A DNA stretch of 64,000 nt from Kiritimatiellia bacterium (GTDB lineage: Bacteria; Verrucomicrobiota; Kiritimatiellia; RFP12; JAAYLN01). The first letter of the stretch is position 1, and every line of letters starts with the position of its first letter. Shown piece by piece: positions 38,115-48,628 of this stretch. A program made the position numbers and the translations under genes. Below the pieces are notes generated by a model. That model saw nothing but the letters and a program-made list of their open reading frames with translations. It did no database searches and was not told the DNA's origin. The stretch spans positions 7,412-71,411 of the forward strand of contig JAGCUY010000217.1 in the NCBI GenBank assembly GCA_017962605.1, given 5' to 3'.

Positions 38115-39469
38115 TTTCGTTTCGGGTCATAGTCACCGCCCTCTCGGCGTTGCGGCGCAACCTGCTGCGCTCCATCCTCACGATGCTCGGCATAGTCATC
38201 GGCATCGCATCCGTCATCGCCATGATGGAGATTGGTGCGGGCGCGTCGAAGCAGATGAGCGAGCGCATCTCGAGCATGGGCTCCAATGTCCTCATGATCT
38301 CGCCGGTAGCCATCTCATCGGGCGGCGTCTCAGCCGGATCGGGCACCGGCATCACCCTCACCAGCGGCGACTGCGAGGCTATCATCCGCGACTGCCCCGC
38401 AGTCAAGGCCGCAACGCCCGTCCTCTCGCAGGGCGGCATACAGGTAGTCGCCGGCAGCCGCAACTGGAGCCCAAACCGCATCGAGTCCGGCACACCCGAC
38501 TACCTCGAAGTCCAGAACTGGCAGGTGGCCGAAGGCGCGTGCTTCACCGAACGCGACGTCACCACCGCGGCAACCGTCGGCCTGCTCGGGCAGACAGTCG
38601 CCGACGAACTCTTCGGCGAGGGCTCGTCACCCATCGGCGCGGACATCCGCATCAAAAACGTGACCTTCCGCGTAGTTGGCCTTCTCGCCAAGAAGGGCGC
38701 CAACCTCATGGGAATGGACCAGAACGACGTTGTCATAGTGCCATGGACGACCATGCGCAACCGCCTCGCCCGCAGCGGCGGCACCGCATCCACCGCCTCC
38801 AGCAGCCACACATATTCCCGCAAGGACCTCTACCCCATCACCTCGGTGGCCCTCTACCCGTCGCGTGATGCCACCCAGACGTCCAACTACCAGATGCCGA
38901 TTCGATTCAACAACATCAACCGCATCCAGGCATCCGCCGCATCCGCCGACACAATCCAGACCGCCATCTCGCAGATCGAGGAAACCCTCCGCCTGCGCCA
39001 CAGGATCGCCGATGGCGCCGAAGACGACTTCGAAGTCCGCAACATGAGCGAGCTTCTCGACACGCTCACGTCAACTTCCACCCTCATGACCAACCTCCTG
39101 CTGGTCGTGGCGCTGATATCGCTCGTCGTTGGCGGCGTGGGCATAATGAACATCATGTTCGTCTCCGTCACCGAGCGGACGCGCGAGATTGGCCTGAGGA
39201 TGTCGATTGGCGCGCGCGGGAGCGACATTCTCGTGCAGTTCCTCGTTGAGTCGGTGATCCTCTGCGTTTCGGGCGGACTATTCGGCATCCTGGCGGGGCG
39301 CGTAGCCTCGATGGTCATAGCCTCCGTGCTGAACTGGCCAACGGCCACCTCGCCCAGCGCCATCGCCATATCGTTCGCCGTCTCGGCGGCCATCGGCATT
39401 GTCTTCGGTTTCTACCCCGCCTGGCGCGCCTCGCGCCTCAACCCCATTGACGCCCTGCGCTATGAATAG
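38111..39469 (+). CDS. MacB-like ABC transporter permease
   Basis: RSILTMLGIVIGIASV, ISLVVGGVGIMNIM.VSVTERTREIG, GFYPA.RAS.LNPIDALRYE. Confidence 0.95.
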   Translation: MISFRVIVTALSALRRNLLRSILTMLGIVIGIASVIAMMEIGAGASKQMSERISSMGSNVLMISPVAISSGGVSAGSGTGITLTSGDCEAIIRDCPAVKAATPVLSQGGIQVVAGSRNWSPNRIESGTPDYLEVQNWQVAEGACFTERDVTTAATVGLLGQTVADELFGEGSSPIGADIRIKNVTFRVVGLLAKKGANLMGMDQNDVVIVPWTTMRNRLARSGGTASTASSSHTYSRKDLYPITSVALYPSRDATQTSNYQMPIRFNNINRIQASAASADTIQTAISQIEETLRLRHRIADGAEDDFEVRNMSELLDTLTSTSTLMTNLLLVVALISLVVGGVGIMNIMFVSVTERTREIGLRMSIGARGSDILVQFLVESVILCVSGGLFGILAGRVASMVIASVLNWPTATSPSAIAISFAVSAAIGIVFGFYPAWRASRLNPIDALRYE

Positions 39470-40895
39470 CCGCCATTTATACACCTCATTTCATGCAACG
39501 CTCGCACTGGCGCTGCCGCTCGCAATGATAGTGCCGCTCGCCCTGATAGTGCCGCTTGCCCTAACGGGCTGCGCTTCGGGGGCTAAAGCCCCCCGCTCCG
39601 ATATCTCAGAGGCAACTAAAGCCACAGGCTCCGATATCCCGGCGGCGATTGAAGCCCCCGGCTCCGATGCCTCGGCGCCACAGTGCGCCATTATGGCAAA
39701 CGAGCCGGCCGTGGTTGCACTTTGGGAAATCGCCGCCACGAACAACCTCACCGTCCTGCAGGCCGTGCAGCGCATTGAGGCATCGCGCGCCGCGCTTGCA
39801 GGCTCACGCGCCGAATTCTGGCCTAGCGTTGGCTTCTCTGCCGGAACATCCAAGGCCAAGAACTACAACCCCGACGGCTCGTCGGAGCGCTCATCGCTGG
39901 GATTCGACGCCTCGTGGGAGATCGACCTCTTCGGCAAGGTGCGCCGCTCCGTCGAGGCCGCCAAGGCCGAATTCGAGGCCACCGAATATTCGCTCGGCGA
40001 CGTCATGGTATCGCTCCGCGCCGAAATCGCCGCCGAATACGTGAACCTATGCCTCCAGAGGCAGCTTCTGACATTGGCGCGGCGCAACCTCGAGGCGCAG
40101 CAAGAACTTGCCGACATCGCCAAGTCCAAGTTCGACGCCGGACTCACCACCGAACTCGACTGGCTCTCCGCCAAGGCGCAGCTTCACTCCGCCGAAGCCA
40201 CCATACCCGCCACGGAAGCCAACGCCACCGGATGCATCCGCCGCATCGAGATGCTCTGCGGCCTTGAACCTGGCGCATTGGGGGAAATGGAGGCTGAGGC
40301 CACCATCCCCGACATTCCAGCGGCCTCGGAGCCACCGGTCATTGACTCGGCGCTTCTTCGCCAGCGTCCAGATGTGCTGCGCGCGGAACGCGCCTACACG
40401 GCCGCCCTCGCCCGCATAGGCGTGGCAAAGGCCAACTACTATCCATCCGTATCCATCGGCGCCGGACTATCCCTCTCATCCGACTCCTTCGCAAGCTGGA
40501 GCGACGCGATGCGCTCCATCTCCTTTGGCCCATCGCTGAACTGGAGCATCCTCTCGTTCGGGCGCAACAAGGCACGCGTCGCCCAGGCGCGCGCAAATGC
40601 CGAGGAGGCCGCCCTCGCCTACCGCGAGGTCGTCCTAAAGGCATTCCACGAAGTCGAGGACGCCGCCATCGCCCTTGCCCGCGACAACGCGCGCGAGGCG
40701 CCAATCGTGGCCGCATACGAGGCACAGAAGGGAGCCGATGCCCTTGCCCTCAAGCTCTACCGCGAAGACCTCGGCGAATACCGCGACGTCCTCACCGCCC
40801 GCCAATCGCTCATCGCGCAGGAACGCACCCTAGCAGAACTCCGCGCCAACCTCATCCTTTCGCGCATCGCCATCGACAAGGCCCTCGCCCTTTAA
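39462..40895 (+). CDS. Outer membrane efflux lipoprotein (NodT/TolC family)
   Basis: Lipobox LTGC, SWEIDLFG, RPDV..AE, YR..VL.AF.EVED. Start overlaps the permease stop. Confidence 0.9.
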   Translation: MNSRHLYTSFHATLALALPLAMIVPLALIVPLALTGCASGAKAPRSDISEATKATGSDIPAAIEAPGSDASAPQCAIMANEPAVVALWEIAATNNLTVLQAVQRIEASRAALAGSRAEFWPSVGFSAGTSKAKNYNPDGSSERSSLGFDASWEIDLFGKVRRSVEAAKAEFEATEYSLGDVMVSLRAEIAAEYVNLCLQRQLLTLARRNLEAQQELADIAKSKFDAGLTTELDWLSAKAQLHSAEATIPATEANATGCIRRIEMLCGLEPGALGEMEAEATIPDIPAASEPPVIDSALLRQRPDVLRAERAYTAALARIGVAKANYYPSVSIGAGLSLSSDSFASWSDAMRSISFGPSLNWSILSFGRNKARVAQARANAEEAALAYREVVLKAFHEVEDAAIALARDNAREAPIVAAYEAQKGADALALKLYREDLGEYRDVLTARQSLIAQERTLAELRANLILSRIAIDKALAL

Positions 40896-40901
40896 CGCCA
40901 C

Positions 40902-42071
40902 ATGAACAAGCGCATCCTCTTCATCGCATCCCAGCCCTTCTTTGAAAAGCGCGGATCCCCCATCCGCCTGGGCTTCGACCTCCTCGCCCTATCGCAGCTC
41001 GGCTACGACGTCGAATTCCTCACGCTGCCCATCGGGGAGCGCCGCACCGTAGAAGGCGTGAAGATCGTCCGCGCGCCAAACCCATTCTTCGCCCGCAAGA
41101 TATCCATAGGCCCATCGCCGCTAAAGCTGGCCTTCGACTTCTTCCTCTTCTGGATGGCCCTCTGGCGCGTCATCTTCCGCCGCTACGCCGTGGTTCACGG
41201 CGTTGAGGACTGCGGGATAATCGCCCTTGTCTGCGGCCGCATCGGGCGGGCGCGCGTCGTATTCGAGCGCCACTCCGACCCAGCCAGCTACGGTGGCTCC
41301 CGCGGCCTCAAGAGCAAGCTTGCGCACATCTACGCAAAGGTCGAGCGCTTCACGATGCGCCACGCCGACGCCGTCATCGGCACCGGCCCGGGGCTCGTCG
41401 AGGACGCCATGCGCCATGGCCGCGCCTCCCGCGCCTGCCTGATTCCCGACATTCCCTCATCGCTTGCCGAAGCCGACCCGGATGAAATCGCCGCCGCGCG
41501 AACGCTCCACTCCCGCGCACCCACGGACATCCTCATCGGCTATGTCGGATCATTCGCCGCCTATCAGGGAATCGACCTGATATTCTCCGCAATTCCGCAG
41601 GTCGTGGCGAAGGAGCCACGCGCCAGGTTCGTCATAATCGGCGGCAGCGACCGCGAAGTTGCCGACCGCCGCGCCCAGCTCGCCAAAGCAGGATGCCTGG
41701 ATGCCGTCGATTTCGCCGGGTTCATCGACCCCGACGCCCTTCCGGCGCATCTCTCTTCCTTCGACATACTGCTTTCGCCGCGCCTCACCGGCATGAACAC
41801 ACCTCTGAAGCTCCTCGACTACCTCAAGGCTGGCGTGGCGATTGCGGCCACGGACACCCCTGCGAACCGCCTTATCCTCGACGAAAAGACGGCAGAACTT
41901 TCAAAGCCCGATTCTGAGTCCTTTGCGGGAGCCATCCTGCGGCTCTGCGCAAACCCCGCGCGACGCGAAGCCCTCACCGCCGGGGGGAAGAAGATACTGG
42001 AAGACCGCCACAACTTCGCTTTTTTCCGCGACGGCCTCCGCCAGTGCTACGAATATATCCTCACAAAGTAG
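40902..42071 (+). CDS. Glycosyltransferase family 4
   Basis: YVGSF..YQGID, D.L.SPR..G.NTPLKL.DYL.AG..I.ATD. Confidence 0.88.
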   Translation: MNKRILFIASQPFFEKRGSPIRLGFDLLALSQLGYDVEFLTLPIGERRTVEGVKIVRAPNPFFARKISIGPSPLKLAFDFFLFWMALWRVIFRRYAVVHGVEDCGIIALVCGRIGRARVVFERHSDPASYGGSRGLKSKLAHIYAKVERFTMRHADAVIGTGPGLVEDAMRHGRASRACLIPDIPSSLAEADPDEIAAARTLHSRAPTDILIGYVGSFAAYQGIDLIFSAIPQVVAKEPRARFVIIGGSDREVADRRAQLAKAGCLDAVDFAGFIDPDALPAHLSSFDILLSPRLTGMNTPLKLLDYLKAGVAIAATDTPANRLILDEKTAELSKPDSESFAGAILRLCANPARREALTAGGKKILEDRHNFAFFRDGLRQCYEYILTK

Positions 42072-42217
42072 GCGGCATTGTCGCCACAAACATAAGCGAC
42101 GGCTCGAATGGGCCTCAAATTCTGAAGCCGCCTCTATGCAATTAATAATTCTTTCCTTTTGTCTTGCAATTCACGCGTTTTGCGATTTTCCGGCGTTGTG
42201 GTAGTATGGGATACGAC

Positions 42218-42868
42218 ATGACTGTGCTTGCAATAGACAGATCGACGCCGCGAGGGACATTCGCGGTTGTCTGTGACGACGAGGAGATCACCTTCAGCGT
42301 GTTTCGCGAGAAGGCGCCACGCTCTCCTGAGTGGTTTCCCACACTTGTGGCCGCGCTGAAGAAGTGCGGTCTGGCTCCGGCGGCGCTTGACGCCATCGTC
42401 ATCGGCACCGGCCCCGGATCGTTCTCCGGCATCCGGGCGGTGCTGGCCGCCGCGCAGGGCCTGGCCCTGCCCTCGGACACGCCTGTGTATGGGGTCCTGT
42501 CATCGTCGGCCCTGGCGGCCGCCGAGGCAAGTCGCGCCAGCGCCAGCCGCGTCGCCGTAGTCGGCGACGCCCGACGCGGCAGCCTCTGGCTTGCAATCCT
42601 GGATGATGCCGCGCCGACACCTCCGCGCCTGGTACCATACGACGCCGCGCCGACTGCGCTGGAGAAACTTGCCGACGCCCGCATCGTATCGCCAGATGCC
42701 GACCGCGTCCGCGCCATCCTCGCGCAGCGCATGGAGCGGCCGCCGGAAATCTTCGAGGCGCTCCCCACGGCACGCGACGTCTCCGCATTCTTCGCCGCGC
42801 ACCCTGAGGCAGCCGTTCGAGACCCCACCCCCGCCTATCTCCATCCGGCCGTCGATCCGCACAAGTAA
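42218..42868 (+). CDS. tsaB: tRNA t6A biosynthesis protein TsaB
   Basis: VLAID.ST, G.GPGSFSGIR...A.AQGL, DARRG, P.YL. Confidence 0.9.
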   Translation: MTVLAIDRSTPRGTFAVVCDDEEITFSVFREKAPRSPEWFPTLVAALKKCGLAPAALDAIVIGTGPGSFSGIRAVLAAAQGLALPSDTPVYGVLSSSALAAAEASRASASRVAVVGDARRGSLWLAILDDAAPTPPRLVPYDAAPTALEKLADARIVSPDADRVRAILAQRMERPPEIFEALPTARDVSAFFAAHPEAAVRDPTPAYLHPAVDPHK

Positions 42869-42892
42869 GGCGGCCCCTCCAGAGGCCGCGCC

Positions 42893-44419
42893 CTAGGCGA
42901 ATTCGAGGCAACGCAGGGAAACGTTCCCCTGCCCTTCTTTTTCAAGGCGCCATTCCTTCTCCACGATACGCGAGAGGAAGCGACGGTCGTGGCTCACGAC
43001 AATCATCGCGCACGGGCAATCAGCAAGCGCCTCTTCCAGGCACTCAATGCCCGAGAGGTCAAGGTGGTTTGTCGGCTCATCCATCACCAGCAGGTGGATG
43101 CCCCTGTTCACACCAAGCGCGAGAAGCAGCTTGCGGACCTCCCCAGGACTTGGCACCTCGCTCTGGAGAAGGCGCCCCGGCCGCGAGCCAAGCCGGCTCA
43201 CGCTCGTCATCACGCGGCCGAGCATGTCGTCATGCAGGGCCTTCGCCTCCGCGAGTATCTTCGCCGACTCCTCAGCCGTTATCTCCTGCGGGACGACAAG
43301 GAGTTTTTCTTCCGGCACATTTGCGAACTTGAGGATGTGGCGCAGGAGAGTCGTCTTGCCTATGCCGTTCGGGCCAGTGAGCGCAATGCGATCCGACGGC
43401 GCCACGCGAAGGTCCGGAAAACGCAGAGTCCGGCCGCAGCCAATGCCAATGGCGCCAGCCTCGACAGACAGGACGACATTGCGCGACGAGGCTTCGGAAC
43501 CGTCCAGCCAGAAGCCCGTCTCGTATTCCTTGCGCGGATGGAGACGCGAACGCGCCGCCTCGGCCTTTGAGGCGCGCCTGGCCAGGGATGCGGACTTCGT
43601 CACCGCCCAGGCGTCCTTGCCGGTAAGCTTGGCGAGGTTGCGCTTGGCGCGTCCGTCGTGGTCGTTGGCGGGGATTTTCCTATTGCGGGCGGCCTTGTTC
43701 TTCGCGGCCAACTGCTGTGCGGCCTCGAACTGCCTGTGGGCGGAATCGCGCAGACGACGCGCCTCGCCGCGGGCCTGCTCGTCGCGATCGCGGGCGAACT
43801 CCTGCTCCCGGCGGTCCTCGCGCTCGCCGTCCGTAACGCCGCCAGGCCGCACTGTGGCTGCTGGAGGGAAGATGAAGACGCACTGCGAGCAGAGGGCGTC
43901 GAGGAAGTCGCGGTCGTGGCTTACGACAAGTCCAGCGCCGCGGAAGGAGCGGAGGGCGTTGAGTAGGGCGTCCTTTGCCTGGGCGTCAAGGTGATTGGTT
44001 GGCTCGTCAAGCGCAAGGACTCCGGGGTTGCGCCAGAGGGCCGCGCCAATCTGGATGCGCTTTCGCTCGCCGTGGCTGAGCGTATCCCAACGTCCGGCAA
44101 GGTCTGGGCCAATCCCCAGCCGAGCGCGCCAGAGGATGGCTTCGGAATCGACCGCATCCATGAAGTCCTCGTAGTCGGCTGGCGGGAAGTCGGTGCGCTG
44201 CTCGACGGCAATGGCGCTGCCAAGCGAGGAGACAGAGCCGCGCTGCGGCTCCAGGACGCCAGTCGCAAGGCGCAGGAAGGTGGTTTTTCCGCAGCCATTT
44301 GCGCCGACTACGCCCGTCCAACAGCCCTCCGGGAAGTGGGCCGTTACGCCTTCCAACAACGGGCGCTCCATGCCGTCGTAGGCGAAAGTCACGTTCTCGA
44401 ATTTCAGGAATCTTCCCAT
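42893..44419 (-). CDS. ABC-F family ATPase
   Basis: Two NBDs (GANGCGKT/LSHGE/LDEPTNHLD and GPNGIGKT/SPGE/MDEPTNHLD) with a helical linker and no TM. Confidence 0.9.
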   Translation of the reverse strand: MGRFLKFENVTFAYDGMERPLLEGVTAHFPEGCWTGVVGANGCGKTTFLRLATGVLEPQRGSVSSLGSAIAVEQRTDFPPADYEDFMDAVDSEAILWRARLGIGPDLAGRWDTLSHGERKRIQIGAALWRNPGVLALDEPTNHLDAQAKDALLNALRSFRGAGLVVSHDRDFLDALCSQCVFIFPPAATVRPGGVTDGEREDRREQEFARDRDEQARGEARRLRDSAHRQFEAAQQLAAKNKAARNRKIPANDHDGRAKRNLAKLTGKDAWAVTKSASLARRASKAEAARSRLHPRKEYETGFWLDGSEASSRNVVLSVEAGAIGIGCGRTLRFPDLRVAPSDRIALTGPNGIGKTTLLRHILKFANVPEEKLLVVPQEITAEESAKILAEAKALHDDMLGRVMTSVSRLGSRPGRLLQSEVPSPGEVRKLLLALGVNRGIHLLVMDEPTNHLDLSGIECLEEALADCPCAMIVVSHDRRFLSRIVEKEWRLEKEGQGNVSLRCLEFA

Positions 44420-44520
44420 GTCTCAGTCGATTATACCAGTTTCCGCCATTGAAGATGTTGCCTCATATCCGGCGATATGCCATAATGTCTGGCATCTGAA
44501 AGGCAATTGAAAAGGACCAA

Positions 44521-46905
44521 ATGAACATTTCACGCATCTTCCGCACCGAACGCCACACGCGCGGCGACACGAACATCACGCCCCAGCAACCAATCGACGA
44601 GGCATCGTGGATCTGGCGCAAGGGCTGCGACCGCTGGGGCGGCGCCGTCTTCGCCGAAACCCGCCCGACGCCAGAGTCGCTGGCAAAGGAAACGCAAATC
44701 TTCCTGCGCTTCCGCTGCGACTTCGAAGCCGCGCCCGATGGCGAGGCGCTTGACATCGACGTCTCCGCCGACGAGCGCTTCATCCTCCTGCTCGACGGAG
44801 AGGAGATTGGGCGCGGGCCAAACCGCGGCCTTCCCAACCGCTGGCACTACCACAGCTGGCGCATCTCCGGCCTTGCGCAGGGAAGCCACCGCATCGAGGC
44901 CATCTGCTGGCAGATTGCCGAACACGCGCCCCTCGCGCAGCTTTCCGTGCGCGGTGGCTTCATCCTCAAAGCCTCCGGAGCATACGATGACGCACTCACC
45001 ACCGGCAAGGCCAAGTGGATCGTGGCGCCACTCTCCGGCACCAGAATGACCGACAAAGGCAAGTCGGGCGCCTTCGGCGTAGGCTCGCAGTGCGAAGTGC
45101 GCGGCGCTTCAATCCTGGACGAGGAGCCACACCCCGGCTCCTGGGAGGAGGCCGCAGTGGTGCGCGGTCCTGTCAGCACCTGGGCCGGACTCCGCATCCA
45201 GGGCTGGCTGCTCTTCCCGACGCCCCTCCCCGACATGATCCACGAGCGCAAGAAGCCCGGGTGCGTGAAAGAGGGAACGGATTGCCATGCCCCCTTCACG
45301 GGATTGCAGGTTCCCCCTCGCACGCGGCGCGTCCTCTTCTGGGATCTAGACAACTACTACTGCGCCTACCCCGAACTGATCGCAAGCGGCGGCAATGGCG
45401 CACGCATCCAGTGGGACTGGGCCGAGTGCCTTACCGGCCCCGATGGCAAGAAAGGCGACCGCGCCGCCTGGCAGGGCCTCGACATGCCCAAGCCATTCGG
45501 CGACACCTTCCTTCCAGACGGCCACTCCGGCGCGCGCTTCACCACCCCATGGTGGCGCGCCGGCCGCTGGGTTCGGCTGACCATTGAAACCGCAGACGAG
45601 CCTCTCACCATCGACGACATCGCCATTGTCGAAACCCGCCTGCCCGCCAAAATGGAGGCATCTTTCGAGGCGCCACTGCAACCTGACGAAAAAACACTTC
45701 AGGCCATGCAGGAAGTCTGCGAGCGCTCGCTCCAGATGTGCATGCACGAAATGTTCTTCGACTGCCCATACTACGAGCAGCAGATGTATCCCGGCGACAG
45801 CCGAGTCCAGTATCTTGTGGCCACGCTCTTCGGCGAGACTGGCCGCCGCGCCGTTCGAAACGCAATTGCGCTCTACGACGCCGACCGCCGCGAGAACGGC
45901 CAGATGCCCATGAACTGCCCAACGCGCGGCACCCAGGAGGCCCTGCCCTTCACCTGCTGCCAGGCAATGATGCTGGGCGACCTGGCCTGGAACCACGATG
46001 ACGAGGCTACGGTCCGCGCCCGCTTCCCCGGCCTTGTCCACACCCTCATGGGCATGGAGGCTTTTACTTCTTCCGATGGGCTGCTTGACCGGACTCCGGG
46101 ATGGAACTTCGTCGATTGGGTCGAAGGGTGGCCTAATGGCGTTCCGCCAGACGGCGACAGCGATCGTCCAAACGCTGAGATCAACCTCGAATACCTCCAT
46201 GCGATTCTCTCGGGCCTCCGCTCCGCAGAGGCACTGGGCGAGACTCACCTGGCAGCCCATTGGCGCGACCGCGCAGACCACCTGCGATCCGCCATCCGCT
46301 CCACCTTCTGGTGCCCCGACAAGGCCCTCATCGCAAGCGACGAGGCGCACACCGTCTTCTCCCAGCACTCGCAGGCACTCGCACTTCTCGCCGACGTTCT
46401 GCCCCCGGAGGAGGCCGCGCGCTGCTTCGAGGCGCTTACAAAGCCCGAGATTCCATTGGCCACAGGCTCAATCTACTTCCGCCATTACCTCTTCGCGACC
46501 TTCTTCAAGTTCCACCGCCCGGACCTCTTCTTCTCAAGCCTGGACTTCTGGCGGAACTGCCTCGACTGGCACTGCAAGACGATTCTTGAAGTTCCGGACA
46601 CCAACTCGCGCAGCGACTGCCACGGCTGGGGGTCGCACCCGCTCTGGCACCTGCATACGGGCGTGGCCGGCGTCCGAAGTGCAGCTCCATTTTTCAGGAG
46701 CGTCCTCGTCGAGCCGCAGCCGGCGCACCTGCGGGAAATCCATTCGCGGACGCCAACTCCTCACGGCATTGTCGCGCTAGACCTTTCCTTCGATGGGGAC
46801 AGGGTCAATGGCACCGTCGCGCTGCCTGACGGCATGGACGGAACATTCATCTGGCGCGGCAATAAGCTGGCGCTTGGACAGGGCGTTACGAAAATCGACC
46901 TCTGA
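44521..46905 (+). CDS. Alpha-L-rhamnosidase-like glycoside hydrolase (GH78-related)
   Basis: VSADERF, G.GP, DCPYYEQ.MYPGD, FVDW, E...SRSDCHGWGSHP, PTPHG. Confidence 0.85.
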   Translation: MNISRIFRTERHTRGDTNITPQQPIDEASWIWRKGCDRWGGAVFAETRPTPESLAKETQIFLRFRCDFEAAPDGEALDIDVSADERFILLLDGEEIGRGPNRGLPNRWHYHSWRISGLAQGSHRIEAICWQIAEHAPLAQLSVRGGFILKASGAYDDALTTGKAKWIVAPLSGTRMTDKGKSGAFGVGSQCEVRGASILDEEPHPGSWEEAAVVRGPVSTWAGLRIQGWLLFPTPLPDMIHERKKPGCVKEGTDCHAPFTGLQVPPRTRRVLFWDLDNYYCAYPELIASGGNGARIQWDWAECLTGPDGKKGDRAAWQGLDMPKPFGDTFLPDGHSGARFTTPWWRAGRWVRLTIETADEPLTIDDIAIVETRLPAKMEASFEAPLQPDEKTLQAMQEVCERSLQMCMHEMFFDCPYYEQQMYPGDSRVQYLVATLFGETGRRAVRNAIALYDADRRENGQMPMNCPTRGTQEALPFTCCQAMMLGDLAWNHDDEATVRARFPGLVHTLMGMEAFTSSDGLLDRTPGWNFVDWVEGWPNGVPPDGDSDRPNAEINLEYLHAILSGLRSAEALGETHLAAHWRDRADHLRSAIRSTFWCPDKALIASDEAHTVFSQHSQALALLADVLPPEEAARCFEALTKPEIPLATGSIYFRHYLFATFFKFHRPDLFFSSLDFWRNCLDWHCKTILEVPDTNSRSDCHGWGSHPLWHLHTGVAGVRSAAPFFRSVLVEPQPAHLREIHSRTPTPHGIVALDLSFDGDRVNGTVALPDGMDGTFIWRGNKLALGQGVTKIDL

Positions 46906-46909
46906 GACA

Positions 46910-46937
46910 ATAGGCGCAGTTGAACTACTGCGCCTAT
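46910..46937. terminator. Perfect 11-bp hairpin between convergent genes (bidirectional terminator or REP)
   Basis: ataggcgcagt-tgaact-actgcgcctat; no long U-tract. Confidence 0.6.
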
Positions 46938-48628
46938 CTCTGGTTGCCGATGATATGGTCAAGCAAAATGTTGCCGATTTGGCGCTGGTCGATGCGTCCC
47001 ATTATCGAGAACGCCAAAAGTTCCGTAGTGGAGACAGACGTCTCGAATATGAATTCGCCATCCTTGCGCGATACGCGCCAAACTAGGCCGCTGCCGTAGC
47101 GCGGAAGCTGGCGGCAAATGGGCTCCATTCCTGGCATGCCCTGGAGAATCGAAACGAAGGTCTGTGTTGGGCGGAGTTCCCCAGCCCCCATGAGGGTCTC
47201 ACCGTCGGAGAGTTGCGGAAGCGATTTTGCGAGTTCGCCGACGCTGCGCCTTATGCGCGATGACTGCGGGAGGAACAGCAGCTTTTCAATCGCGCCGTAT
47301 GGGCCGGATACGACTACCAGGTTGTTGCCGTCTATCGCAAACTCGATGCAGTTTAACTGGGCGAGGAGGATGAGCGCGCTGGCGGCGAAGTCCTCGGCGG
47401 TTTCAGGACTGGCCTGCCGCTTCGCGTTGTAGCCGTAGATGATATGGCGGCCGACGGAACGCGGCAGGCGGAAGGTTGCCTGCTTTGTGTCCGTTCCCCA
47501 TGGAAGGAGAGTGCGAAGTGCGGCGGCGGCGCCAATTGGGTTGGACAAGGTGAAGGTCTGAACACGCGTAGGAGGTTCGCCAGGCGCGATATTGAACCCT
47601 GCTGCCGATTCTCCGGTGAGGAATGGGGCCAGGGCGTCCTCGGCGGCTTTATCCCCGAGGCCGGGGAACAGACGCCGGCCTACGAAGAAGGAGTAGGCGG
47701 AAGAGCCGTAGCGGGTGTAAACGGATGAGGGGACAAATGGCGCGAAGGGGGCAAGGGCGCCATCAGAGGCGCAGTATGCGTCTCGCGGCAAGGCAGCAAG
47801 CGGCGCCCCCGCAACCTCGATTTTGGAGGGGTGGGCTTCGGTCTTCCCTGCCGTAGGCGAAAGCCGCGCCGCCAAATCCCATGAATGGATGCTCGGGGTA
47901 AGTGAAATGTGCAGTGAGTCCAGCGGCGTGAGGAGATCGCGTAGCGAGTGAAGCAGCTTGACGACGGAAGCGGTGTCTTCGGTGGTCTCTGCGCCAGCGA
48001 GGAGCTTGTCCAGAACATCGCCCATGAGCTCCGCGTCGAAGAATGCGGACAGCGTGGCGCCTTCGCGGACGTCGGGAATATTGGGGATGGTGCCGGCGCG
48101 CCAGTGGCGGGCGATCCACTGCAGGCTCTCGCGGCTGCTGGCGACGTATGCGGTGTCGCGCATGATTATCACGGACAGTGCAACCAGATTCGCCTCATCG
48201 CGAGGCTCGGAGCAATACAGGACGCTTCTGCCGCTGATCTTGCCGTAAGCTTCGGAGAGGGATTGCCTCAGGCGATTCTCGCCATTGACCGGCGAAAGGG
48301 GGATGATGGCGACCTGGTCTGGCAACTCCTGCCCCTCCGGCGGCGAGACGAGGATAACGGTTGCGCGGCGTGTAAGGTCGGCGCAGTCGAGCGACGGCAG
48401 CAAGGTAAGCCAGGTGACAATGGCGTTGGCGATATCTGAGGCGCCTTCCACGCCAATGCCGGACAGACCGTCGTAGATGCCCTGCCGCGCATTGGTGATG
48501 GAGGAGAAGGTGACGACCGCGACCTGCCCCTTGCCGGCGGCGCCCTCTTCTATGCGTGTTGAGCCCACGTATGCGGCGTGGGCGGATGCGGCGCACAGCG
48601 CCAAAGCCATGGCCAGTGCTCTTTTCAT
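46934..48628 (-). CDS. Secreted hypothetical protein
   Basis: Signal peptide MKRALAMALALCAASAHA; 564-aa ORF overlapping the upstream stop. Confidence 0.75.
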   Translation of the reverse strand: MKRALAMALALCAASAHAAYVGSTRIEEGAAGKGQVAVVTFSSITNARQGIYDGLSGIGVEGASDIANAIVTWLTLLPSLDCADLTRRATVILVSPPEGQELPDQVAIIPLSPVNGENRLRQSLSEAYGKISGRSVLYCSEPRDEANLVALSVIIMRDTAYVASSRESLQWIARHWRAGTIPNIPDVREGATLSAFFDAELMGDVLDKLLAGAETTEDTASVVKLLHSLRDLLTPLDSLHISLTPSIHSWDLAARLSPTAGKTEAHPSKIEVAGAPLAALPRDAYCASDGALAPFAPFVPSSVYTRYGSSAYSFFVGRRLFPGLGDKAAEDALAPFLTGESAAGFNIAPGEPPTRVQTFTLSNPIGAAAALRTLLPWGTDTKQATFRLPRSVGRHIIYGYNAKRQASPETAEDFAASALILLAQLNCIEFAIDGNNLVVVSGPYGAIEKLLFLPQSSRIRRSVGELAKSLPQLSDGETLMGAGELRPTQTFVSILQGMPGMEPICRQLPRYGSGLVWRVSRKDGEFIFETSVSTTELLAFSIMGRIDQRQIGNILLDHIIGNQR

